Source of the DNA: Candidatus Omnitrophota bacterium
Lineage (GTDB): Bacteria; Omnitrophota; Gorgyraeia; Gorgyraeales; Gorgyraeaceae
DNA length: 64,000 bases
NCBI GenBank assembly: GCA_043814965.1
Contig: JBDRJN010000006.1
Span: forward strand, 7,838 to 71,837
Reading direction: 5' to 3'
Numbering within the stretch: position 1 is the first letter of the stretch; each line of letters begins with the position of its first letter. Shown here one piece after another: positions 55,587-63,663 of the stretch. Made by a program: the position numbers and the translations under genes. Under the pieces are notes generated by a model. It was not told the DNA's origin, did not search any database, and was given only the letters and a program-made list of their open reading frames with translations.

Positions 55587-55602
55587 GAACTTAAAAAAAG
55601 AC

Positions 55603-55631
55603 TTTTAAAATGTGTATGGTTGTGGTATAAT
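55603..55631 (+). promoter_or_regulatory. Putative sigma70 extended -10 promoter for the downstream operon
   Basis: TGgTATAAT at 55623-55631; weak -35 (TTTTAA/TTTAAA) at 55603-55609; strong SD TAAGGAGGTG at 55651-55660. Confidence 0.55.
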
Positions 55632-55666
55632 TACAATAATTACATTAAGTTAAGGAGGTGAATAAG

Positions 55667-56002
55667 ATGAAGTCAGGAGATTTTAAGGAAAGACGGAAAT
55701 TCAAAAGACTACAGATATCTGTTCCTGCGAAGATAAGGTATGGATCAGCAAGTGGAAAGGAAAAGGTATTGGAGGGTGTCACTCTTGACGTTAGTTTCAA
55801 CGGGGCATATTTGGTAAATATCAATATTGACAAGATCAATCCGGAAGACAACGTAAATATGTCCCTTTCAGTGCCTCGCGACAATTCCAGGGATTTTCCT
55901 TTTTCTCGGATCGTAGGTAAAGCAAGGGTAGTAAGAGTCGAGAAAAATGCCTTGGCGCTTGAATTTAATAAGGATGTTTCTAGGTTTTTTATTGCAAATT
56001 AA
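55667..56002 (+). CDS. PilZ domain protein (c-di-GMP receptor)
   Basis: ERRKFKR (RxxxR) and DVSFNGA (D/NxSxxG). ATG 55667 is preferred over GTG 55658 because the SD lies 6 nt upstream of it. Confidence 0.9.
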   Translation: MKSGDFKERRKFKRLQISVPAKIRYGSASGKEKVLEGVTLDVSFNGAYLVNINIDKINPEDNVNMSLSVPRDNSRDFPFSRIVGKARVVRVEKNALALEFNKDVSRFFIAN

Positions 56003-56044
56003 AATTTTAATCCGTAATAAATATTAAAAGGATATGGAGGAATA

Positions 56045-57370
56045 ATGGGGTGTCGGTGTAGCAGATCTATGCTTTTTTTTATGACGAGTTTGTTCACTGT
56101 TTTTTTAAGTATTTTCTTGATCAGCTGTTCTCCTACAGCAAAACCTCAGGATTCAAATACAATAACTATATGGCACTGGATGAGCGATAGAGAGGGAGCT
56201 TTTAAAGAACTTGCAAGGATATATGAAGAAGAAAAAGGAATAAAAGTAAATTTTGAGCTTTATGCCCCGTCAGAGGTTTATACACAGAAGATAAGGGCCG
56301 CGGCGCAGACTAATACCCTCCCAGATATATTCGGCATACTTGGTAAAAAAAGAGATCTTGCTAGTTTTATAAAAGCAGGGCATATATATAATCTTACAGA
56401 AGATATGAAAGCCAATAATAGCGAATGGGAGAACAGGCTTTTTAATAAGGCTCTCTCTGTGAATGAATTTAAATCAGAAAATAGTTTTGACATAGAGCCT
56501 GGCATATATGGAATACCTCTGGATGTAACTAATCTCCAGATGCTATATAATAAGGACCTGTTAAGGCGGGTAGGATGGCCTGAAGACAGCCCTCCTGAGA
56601 CATGGGAGGAGTTTATAGAAGCCTCAAGGCTTCTTAATGAAAATAATATCCAGGGGTTTATAAGCGGCTGGGGAGAGATATGGATGATAGATTGCTTTGC
56701 TAGTAACTATGCATTCAATATAATGGGTGAGAAAAAAGTCCTTGATACCATAAAAGGCAAGGTGCCTTATACAGATCCTGATTGGATAAAGGTCTTTGGC
56801 CTATTTCGCCAGATGAGAGACGAAAAGATGCTGGCAAAGGGTGTTGTTACAATGGTCAATAAGACAGCAGAACAGCTTTTTGCAAATTCAAAGGCATGTT
56901 TTGCATTTAACGGATCTTGGTGTGTAAATGTCTATAGCGGCATGAACCCGGACCTAAATTACGGAGCAATGCTTCCTCCTAAAGTTCTTGACAAAAACCC
57001 GATGGTTATATGGGGAGGCGCTGGATCGAGCTTTATGGTCAATAACAGGGTCAGTGGCCCAAGGAAGGCGGTTGATTTTCTAAGATGGCTTACAGATACT
57101 CCGCAGCAAAGCTACCTTGCCGCAGCCACAAGAAACCTTCCTTCCAACAAAGAAAGCTTGAAAGATATCCCAGATATACTATTTCAATTCGCGGATGATA
57201 TGGATAATACTACGCACCCAAACGTATGGGGCGTTTCTGAGTTCCCGGAAGTTATAGAGACGTTCAACAAGGGCATACAGTCGATCATTATAGGCGAAAA
57301 GACGCCAGAAGGATTAGCTGGCGAGGTACAGGCAGTTAAGATGCGGGAGATGGAGAAGGCAGGACAATAA
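56045..57370 (+). CDS. Carbohydrate ABC transporter substrate-binding lipoprotein (CUT1 family)
   Basis: Signal with LISC lipobox, ITIWHW, LPDIF, YGIP...MLYNKDLL...PPETWEEF, FNGSW; SD GGAGG 56036-56040. Confidence 0.9.
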   Translation: MGCRCSRSMLFFMTSLFTVFLSIFLISCSPTAKPQDSNTITIWHWMSDREGAFKELARIYEEEKGIKVNFELYAPSEVYTQKIRAAAQTNTLPDIFGILGKKRDLASFIKAGHIYNLTEDMKANNSEWENRLFNKALSVNEFKSENSFDIEPGIYGIPLDVTNLQMLYNKDLLRRVGWPEDSPPETWEEFIEASRLLNENNIQGFISGWGEIWMIDCFASNYAFNIMGEKKVLDTIKGKVPYTDPDWIKVFGLFRQMRDEKMLAKGVVTMVNKTAEQLFANSKACFAFNGSWCVNVYSGMNPDLNYGAMLPPKVLDKNPMVIWGGAGSSFMVNNRVSGPRKAVDFLRWLTDTPQQSYLAAATRNLPSNKESLKDIPDILFQFADDMDNTTHPNVWGVSEFPEVIETFNKGIQSIIIGEKTPEGLAGEVQAVKMREMEKAGQ

Positions 57371-57396
57371 CGGGTTACGGGTTACGGGGTACGGGT
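57370..57396. repeat. Heptamer tandem repeat (ACGGGTT/ACGGGGT) x~4 filling the intergenic gap
   Basis: acgggtt acgggtt acggggt acgggt, then ATG. Confidence 0.9.
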
Positions 57397-58287
57397 ATGA
57401 AGGTCCAAAAAAATATACTTGAAAATTACTTATTTATATTGCCAGCAGTACTGATATTTTCTCTATTTTATATATATCCTTTCTACAAGGTTTTTACGCT
57501 TTCTTTGTGTCAATGGGATGGCATAGCTGGTTTTAGTTTTGTAAAAAGCTTTGTAGGTTTAAGGAACTTTAAGGAACTTTTGTTTCAAGATAGAGTATGG
57601 TGGCAGGCTATGGGGCATGCAGGATATATCACACTTATTGCCCTGACATTTCAAAATGCATTAGCCTTGAGCCTGGCTTGGGCGTGCGACAGGGATATAA
57701 AAGGAGGCAATATATATAGGGTAATATTCTATCTTCCGCCTGTGTTATCAGAGATAGTAGTGGGGCTTGTGTGGCGCTGGATATATGACGGAAATTACGG
57801 CCTCCTGAATCACTGGCTTACTAATATGGGATTGCATCATTTGGTAAGAGATTGGCTTTCGGACCCAAAGACAGCTTTAACAGCAGTCGCTGCTATCCAT
57901 TGCTGGAAGGGTTTTGGATGGGGATTTATTATATTTTTAGCAGGCTTACAGACTATACCTAGGCAGCTCTATGAAGCAGGAAGAGTAGATGGGGCGAATT
58001 CATGGCAGATGTTCAAGAGCATCACTTTACCTTTGATGGTCCCTGTATTTATATTGGTATCTGTACTTACGATATTAGGCACTATGCAGGTATTTGTATT
58101 GATACTTTCTATGACAAATGGCGGCCCGGGTTATCATACAGAGGTCCCCGTCACAAGGATCCTGACCACAATGGTAGGTTCTTCAAGGTTTGGTTATGCG
58201 TGCAGCCAGGGGATAGTATTTGGAGTTATATTATTAGCGATTTCATTTATACAGATAAAGCTCTCTAAACATACGTATAAAACATGA
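57397..58287 (+). CDS. Carbohydrate ABC transporter permease (MalF/UgpA-like)
   Basis: YLFILPA, FVGLRNF, EAA loop LAGLQTIPRQLYEAGRVDGA, TNGGPG. Confidence 0.93.
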   Translation: MKVQKNILENYLFILPAVLIFSLFYIYPFYKVFTLSLCQWDGIAGFSFVKSFVGLRNFKELLFQDRVWWQAMGHAGYITLIALTFQNALALSLAWACDRDIKGGNIYRVIFYLPPVLSEIVVGLVWRWIYDGNYGLLNHWLTNMGLHHLVRDWLSDPKTALTAVAAIHCWKGFGWGFIIFLAGLQTIPRQLYEAGRVDGANSWQMFKSITLPLMVPVFILVSVLTILGTMQVFVLILSMTNGGPGYHTEVPVTRILTTMVGSSRFGYACSQGIVFGVILLAISFIQIKLSKHTYKT

Positions 58288-58297
58288 ATAGTCATGA

Positions 58298-58349
58298 TAT
58301 CAAAAATCAAAGATTAAAATGCAAAATTATAGATTAAAATTCAAAAATA
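58298..58349. repeat. Degenerate A-rich heptamer repeat (CAAAAAT/CAAAGAT/TAAAATT-like)
   Basis: tatcaaaaatcaaagattaaaatgcaaaattatagattaaaattcaaaaat between the permease genes; similar tract at 61631-61664. Confidence 0.55.
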
Positions 58350-58365
58350 AAAAAGAGAGAAATTA

Positions 58366-59214
58366 ATGGAAGAGACTGCTATATACAAACTAAGGCATTT
58401 TACTAAACACGCGCTTATGCATATATTTTTAGCAAGCGTAGCAGTCACATGCGTGTTCCCTCTTCTCTGGATGATAGGCTCAGCTCTCAAGACGCAGGAG
58501 ACTATATTCAGCGATATGAGTATAATCCCCAGAAACCCTATGTGGAGCAATTTTGTCATGGCCTGGACCAAGGGAGGATTCGGGATGTATTTTTTTAATA
58601 GTGTTATTTATACAGTGACAGTCGTGACTGGCATTGTCATAATCGCATCTTTGGCTGCATTTGCATTTTCACGGCTTAAGTTTCCTGGTAAGAATATCTT
58701 GTTCTATATGTTTTTAGCGGCTATGATGATACCTCTTCCAGGCAGCTTTGTGCCCTTGTATGTACTTATGACAAAGCTCCATCTTGTAAATACAAGGATC
58801 GGTTATATACTATGCATGATAAACGTAGGGCTTTCTTTCAGCATATATTTACTTAAGACATTTTTTGACAAGATGCCTTCTGCGCTTGAAGATGCAGCTA
58901 GGATCGATGGATGCAATAAACTCGGCATCTGGTGGAATGTTGCCTTGCCGCTCGCAAGGCCTGCTATAGCAGTGATAGTGATATTCAATTCTTTAAATGT
59001 ATGGAATGAATATATACTTGCGACACTTATATTCTCAAGCAAGTCTTTAATGCCTCTGCAAAGGGCTCTTATGATATTTCAGGGTACTCACATAACAGAG
59101 TATCCGCTTTTGATGGCAGGCATCACAATAACAGTTTTGCCTATAATATCAGTATATTTATTTATGCAGAAACATATTATAAAGGGTATAACAGCAGGGA
59201 TTATTGTCGGGTAA
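58366..59214 (+). CDS. Carbohydrate ABC transporter permease (MalG/UgpE-like)
   Basis: FPLLWM, FFNSV, AFAFSRLKFPGK, EAA loop LEDAARIDGC, WNEY, QKHIIKGITAG. Confidence 0.93.
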   Translation: MEETAIYKLRHFTKHALMHIFLASVAVTCVFPLLWMIGSALKTQETIFSDMSIIPRNPMWSNFVMAWTKGGFGMYFFNSVIYTVTVVTGIVIIASLAAFAFSRLKFPGKNILFYMFLAAMMIPLPGSFVPLYVLMTKLHLVNTRIGYILCMINVGLSFSIYLLKTFFDKMPSALEDAARIDGCNKLGIWWNVALPLARPAIAVIVIFNSLNVWNEYILATLIFSSKSLMPLQRALMIFQGTHITEYPLLMAGITITVLPIISVYLFMQKHIIKGITAGIIVG

Positions 59215-59216
59215 CG

Positions 59217-59235
59217 CCTGCCTGCCGCAGGCAGG
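59217..59235. repeat. Short GC-rich palindrome CCTGCCTGC-C-GCAGGCAGG (REP-like)
   Basis: 9-bp perfect inverted arms immediately after the permease stop codon. Confidence 0.75.
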
Positions 59236-59264
59236 GGGTACAGGGTACGGGAAATGGAGTAGAG

Positions 59265-61613
59265 ATGGCTGATTACGGGTTACGGGTTACGGGGTACGGG
59301 GTACGGGTTTGCGCGGCAATACTATTGTTAACATCATGGGCTGGGCCTGTATCATGCGAAGAAGTCGATACTTTAGGATTAACTGTCTCTCAAGAAAAGC
59401 CCTTTTCTCCCAATGAGCTTATATTACGCGCATGGGAGGCATGGGGCGCAAAGGATTATGAGAAGACATTTGAATATACAACTAGATGTATCGAGCTTTA
59501 TTCTGATGAGGCAAAAAAAGAGCAGGCCCTTCTAAAAGGTTTTCCCGCTATAGATGCAATAGAGCAATATGCGGCTTTAAATGCTGTCGGGACAAGTTTT
59601 TTTATACAGGGAGAGGCGTATCTATTGAATGGTAAAATAGATGAAGCCAGGAAGGCATTTAATACAGCTATAACAGAATATAGTTATTCTCAGAACTGGG
59701 ATCCGAGGGGATGGTTCTGGAGCGTGAAAGAAAAGAGCATTGCCAGCCTTGAAAAGCTTGATAAAAAAGAGGAGATAGATGAAAAAAAGAAGATAGCTAT
59801 AGCAATACCTAAGACAAAGGTCACTCTTTATGACGCTGGTAAAGAAGAGATGATCGATTATGAAAAATACGGGGAATTTAAGAATGTCGGTAAGTATAAT
59901 TATAAATATGTGGTCAATGACCAAGAAGGCCTTTCTCAGGCAGCGGGGGAAGGGGTCTATCCTAACACCTCAAGCATCAATTGGGACCAGAATTATATAA
60001 GAGTAAAAAAAGAAGGAAAGCTCAAAGGCAATCATTGGGACTTTATAAATACAGATGACCTGGAAGCAAATTTTTACAAATGGAGCACTGCGCCAGAACC
60101 TACAGGTGTCAAGCTCTTTTATGCAGCTATAGCGCTTGAAAGATCAGGTTTATTAAAACATGCGATAAAGACCTATTATTCTATAGCGGTGCATTTTCCT
60201 AAATCAGTAGGATGGACTTATTTTCGCACGCCCTGGTATATCGCTCAGGTCGCGCTTGATAGGATAGATTATATATTAAGGAATAACCCAGAGCTTGGAA
60301 TGGAGTTAAAAGATGCGGGTATATATATCGAGAATGGATTCGATAACAATATAGCAAATGACATATTCGTAGTAAATCCTGGAAAAATCGTAAAGCTTGG
60401 TATTGTAGATAGGATGAAGAATAAATTATCAGGCAAAAAGGGTGTTGAATTAGGGGGTGTGATAAAGCAAGTCGGCGACGGCAGGGTAGACCTTGTGAAG
60501 TTCAAGAATGGACACTGGCAGCTGAGGTTGGAAGGCAGGCCTTATCTGATAAAAGCCCTTGCGTATACGCCAAATAGAGTTGGGCAAAGTCCTGATGAAG
60601 GTACGTTGGAAGATTGGATGCAGGCAGACTATAATGGCAATGGAAAGTGTGACGCAGTGTACGACAGCTGGGTGGATAAGAATTATAACAATATAAAGGA
60701 TAAAGACGAAGAAGTGGTAGGAGATTTTCAGTTATTGAAAGACATGAACTGTAATACTATCAGGCTATATCACCATGCATCCAATAAAGAGCTCTTGAGG
60801 GACCTGTATAATAATTACGGTATAATGGCGATAATGGGAGATCTTTTGGGGGCCTATACCGTAGGAAGCGGCGCTGGCTGGTACGAAGGGACTGATTATA
60901 AAAATGAGGAACATAGAAGAAACATGCTAGAGAGCGTACGTAAGATGGTAGAGGAGTTCAAGGATGAGCCTTATGTACTTTTCTGGATGCTTGGTAATGA
61001 AAATAATTATGGTGTTGCAAATAATGCCAAAAAAGACCCAGCGACTTACTATGAGTTTGTGAATGAAGCAAGCAGGATGATAAAGTCTATTGACAGGGAC
61101 CATCCAGTTGCAGTGTGCAGCGGGGACTTATTGTTCCTCGACGAATTTAGTAAAAGCTGCCCGGACGTAGATATATACGGGGCAAATGCATATAGAGGTA
61201 AACACGGGTTTGGAAAGAGTTTTTGGAACAATGTAAAGATCGTGTGCGATAAGCCTGTAATAATAACAGAATACGGCTGTCCCAGCTATATGGAAGGCAG
61301 ATCAAGGGAATTTAGCGAAGACAGGCAGGCAGAGTATCTCAAGGGCAATTGGGAAGATATAGCGTATAATACAGCAGGCAATAAAGGCGTTGGTAATGCG
61401 ATAGGAGGAGTGCTTTTTGAATGGATTGATGAGTGGTGGAAGGCTTATGAACCGTCAGTACACGATGCTGCTAGAAATTGGTCTGGCCCGTTCCCCGATG
61501 GCTGGAACTATGAAGAATGGCTTGGGATAGTAAGCCAGGGGAATGGAGAGCATAGCCCTTTTCTAAGGCGGCTTAAAAAAGCTTATTTTGTTTATAAAGA
61601 ACTTTGGATATAA
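59265..61613 (+). CDS. Secreted TPR-like + GH2-like (clan GH-A) glycoside hydrolase, putative beta-glucanase
   Basis: Signal-like N-terminus; TPR-like module; NTIRLYH, WMLGNENN (Glu 60999), VIITEYGC (Glu 61269), FEWIDEWWK, EEWLGI; DYNGNGKCD Ca-loop-like motif. Confidence 0.82.
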   Translation: MADYGLRVTGYGVRVCAAILLLTSWAGPVSCEEVDTLGLTVSQEKPFSPNELILRAWEAWGAKDYEKTFEYTTRCIELYSDEAKKEQALLKGFPAIDAIEQYAALNAVGTSFFIQGEAYLLNGKIDEARKAFNTAITEYSYSQNWDPRGWFWSVKEKSIASLEKLDKKEEIDEKKKIAIAIPKTKVTLYDAGKEEMIDYEKYGEFKNVGKYNYKYVVNDQEGLSQAAGEGVYPNTSSINWDQNYIRVKKEGKLKGNHWDFINTDDLEANFYKWSTAPEPTGVKLFYAAIALERSGLLKHAIKTYYSIAVHFPKSVGWTYFRTPWYIAQVALDRIDYILRNNPELGMELKDAGIYIENGFDNNIANDIFVVNPGKIVKLGIVDRMKNKLSGKKGVELGGVIKQVGDGRVDLVKFKNGHWQLRLEGRPYLIKALAYTPNRVGQSPDEGTLEDWMQADYNGNGKCDAVYDSWVDKNYNNIKDKDEEVVGDFQLLKDMNCNTIRLYHHASNKELLRDLYNNYGIMAIMGDLLGAYTVGSGAGWYEGTDYKNEEHRRNMLESVRKMVEEFKDEPYVLFWMLGNENNYGVANNAKKDPATYYEFVNEASRMIKSIDRDHPVAVCSGDLLFLDEFSKSCPDVDIYGANAYRGKHGFGKSFWNNVKIVCDKPVIITEYGCPSYMEGRSREFSEDRQAEYLKGNWEDIAYNTAGNKGVGNAIGGVLFEWIDEWWKAYEPSVHDAARNWSGPFPDGWNYEEWLGIVSQGNGEHSPFLRRLKKAYFVYKELWI
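59273..59309. repeat. Heptamer tandem repeat (TTACGGG/GTACGGG) x~5 in the 5' end of ORF 59265
   Basis: ttacggg ttacggg ttacggg gtacggg gtacggg; partial copies at 59237-59251; translated as YGLRVTGYGVRV. Confidence 0.9.
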
Positions 61614-61699
61614 TGGAAGGAGGTGTGTTCTAAATATCAAAAATTAAATATAAAAATCAAAAATGAGAAAAGAAACATGAACCAGAAAGGAGTGGTAGT

Positions 61700-62377
61700 A
61701 TGAAAAGAAGCATAACTTTAACATTGCTAGTTGTATCAGGCTTGATACTGTTTAGCATTGCGAGCTGCGGAGGGTCCAATGACAGGCAATATGCAGGATC
61801 TGACACCGTAGAGCTAAAGCAGTATGCTAAGCTGGATGCCAGTCAAGCAGCAGGAGGAGCTTTCAAGACATTCCCTATCTATACTGATGGGCGTTCGCCG
61901 GATAATCACTATATACCTTCTGGGTATATGGGAGATTTTTCAGATGTTCGGATCGACCAGTCGTGTTTTGATAACCCTTATGCCGGGTCTACTTGCATAA
62001 AGATAACTTACACCAATAAGGCTAGCCAAGGCGCAAGATGGGTGGGGACTTACTGGCAGAACCCTGCAAATAACTGGGGAGATAAGAAAGGCGGATTCGA
62101 TCTTACAGGCGCTGCAAAACTATCATTTTACGCAAAAGGTGAAAAAGGCGGCGAAAGGATCGAAGAGTTCAAGATGGGAGGGCTCACTGGCCAATATCCT
62201 GATTCAGATGTTGCTGGTATAGGGCCGGTACTTCTTACAAAAGAGTGGAAAAAGTATGAGGTCGATCTAGGAGGCAAGGACCTTAGTTATATCAGTGGAG
62301 GTTTTTGCTGGGCAACAAATCTTGATGTAAATCCTAACGGCGCTGTTTTTTATTTAGATGATATAAGATACGAATGA
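61700..62377 (+). CDS. Lipoprotein with carbohydrate-binding-module-like (galactose-binding fold) domain
   Basis: Lipobox IASC; PSGYMGD, WQNPANNWG, FDLTGAAKLSFYAKG, LTKEWKKYEVDL, FYLDDIRYE. Confidence 0.75.
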   Translation: MKRSITLTLLVVSGLILFSIASCGGSNDRQYAGSDTVELKQYAKLDASQAAGGAFKTFPIYTDGRSPDNHYIPSGYMGDFSDVRIDQSCFDNPYAGSTCIKITYTNKASQGARWVGTYWQNPANNWGDKKGGFDLTGAAKLSFYAKGEKGGERIEEFKMGGLTGQYPDSDVAGIGPVLLTKEWKKYEVDLGGKDLSYISGGFCWATNLDVNPNGAVFYLDDIRYE

Positions 62378-62384
62378 TTTAAAA

Positions 62385-62425
62385 GATGGGATTTTGGCAT
62401 GGGTGACCCATGCCAAAATCCCATC
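62385..62425. repeat. Perfect 20-bp inverted repeat with 1-nt spacer (intergenic hairpin)
   Basis: GATGGGATTTTGGCATGGGT-G-ACCCATGCCAAAATCCCATC. Confidence 0.92.
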
Positions 62426-62447
62426 ACAACTTTATGGAAAGTGAGAT

Positions 62448-63662
62448 ATGAAAACAATAGGTCTTAAGATTTTATCAGTGCTTTTATTCGGCGGGTTAGT
62501 CTTCAGTGTTTTTGCGAACAGGGCTGCTAAGTCAGATCGTATCTATGTAAAGGATCTTGATAATGGAAGATCTCAATTAATAGTAAATAACAGGCCTTAT
62601 ATCATAAAGGGTGTAGTATATAGCCCTGCGCCCATAGGCATGACACATACATATAATTTTTGGTCAGATCCTAAAAAACCCTATATTGCAGACGCTAAAC
62701 TTATGAAAAAGATGGGAGTCAATACTATAAGGGTATATAAATTAGAAGGAGACCCTGAAGAAATAAAAGAGGCTATAACGTTTTTATACGATAAATATAA
62801 AATACGCGTTGCAGTAGGCCATTGGCTGGGTTTTTGGGACAATCCAAATTATGCAGACCCGGCTTTTAGAGAAAAAGTAAAACAGGATGTAATAGAGATG
62901 GTCAATACTTATAAGGACACAAAAGGTATACTATGTTGGATCCTTGGGAATGAGAATAATTTTTCCTTTACGTATGGCCCTCAGGCCGTGAATATCTGGA
63001 CCACCGACGATATAGAGGCATTAGGCGACCCGTATCTAAAAAGGCTTGAAAGGGCAAAGATATACTATTCGTTCGTGAATGAGATCTCAAGAGAGATCAA
63101 AAAGATAGACCCTGGCCATGTGACAGTCTTGGCTAATGCAGAGACCAATGATATCTGCAATATATCACCTGATATTACAAAAGATATAGACTTGTTAGGC
63201 GCCTCTGTCTATAGGGGCAAGAGTTTTGGGAGTTTCTTCAGGCATGTCCAGCTTAAATTTAGAAGGCCTGTCATGGTAACGGAATTCGGCTGTGATAGAT
63301 ATGATGCGTATCTTGATAAAGAAGATGAAAGCTCTCAGGCAGAGTTTATAAAAGCTGAATGGGAAGAGATAGAGAAAAATACTTACAAAGGCAGCGGTGT
63401 AGGGAATTGCGTAGGCGGGTTTGTATTTGAATGGACAGATGAGTGGTGGAAATACAATGAGTATTCTTCCAGCGGCTGGTATATACACGACATAGTGTCA
63501 AGCTGGTCTAACGGGGCATATTATTTTGACATAAAGGCCCCTAACAATTTTAATATAAATGAAGAGTGGTGGGGTATATGCAGTTTAGAAAAAAGAGAGG
63601 GAGCCCTTGACGAACGTAAGCCCACTAAGGCATACTTTGTGTTAAAGGAGTTGTGGAGATAA
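62448..63662 (+). CDS. Secreted GH2-like (clan GH-A) glycoside hydrolase
   Basis: Signal peptide; IKGVVYSP, MGVNTIRVY, WILGNENN (Glu 62952), VMVTEFGCD (Glu 63282), FEWTDEWWK, NEEWWGI; paralog of the C-terminal half of ORF 59265. Confidence 0.85.
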   Translation: MKTIGLKILSVLLFGGLVFSVFANRAAKSDRIYVKDLDNGRSQLIVNNRPYIIKGVVYSPAPIGMTHTYNFWSDPKKPYIADAKLMKKMGVNTIRVYKLEGDPEEIKEAITFLYDKYKIRVAVGHWLGFWDNPNYADPAFREKVKQDVIEMVNTYKDTKGILCWILGNENNFSFTYGPQAVNIWTTDDIEALGDPYLKRLERAKIYYSFVNEISREIKKIDPGHVTVLANAETNDICNISPDITKDIDLLGASVYRGKSFGSFFRHVQLKFRRPVMVTEFGCDRYDAYLDKEDESSQAEFIKAEWEEIEKNTYKGSGVGNCVGGFVFEWTDEWWKYNEYSSSGWYIHDIVSSWSNGAYYFDIKAPNNFNINEEWWGICSLEKREGALDERKPTKAYFVLKELWR

Positions 63663-63663
63663 G

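Noticed and set aside
23-55438. Over 100 short ORFs, mostly on the minus strand, overlapping the giant gene (up to 213 aa)
   Set aside because: Ser/Leu/Phe/Ile-rich shadow translations expected opposite a Lys/Glu-rich coding strand; no motifs recognised.
57370-59309. CRISPR array or telomere-like repeat
   Set aside because: 7-bp units without spacers, and no cas genes in the window.
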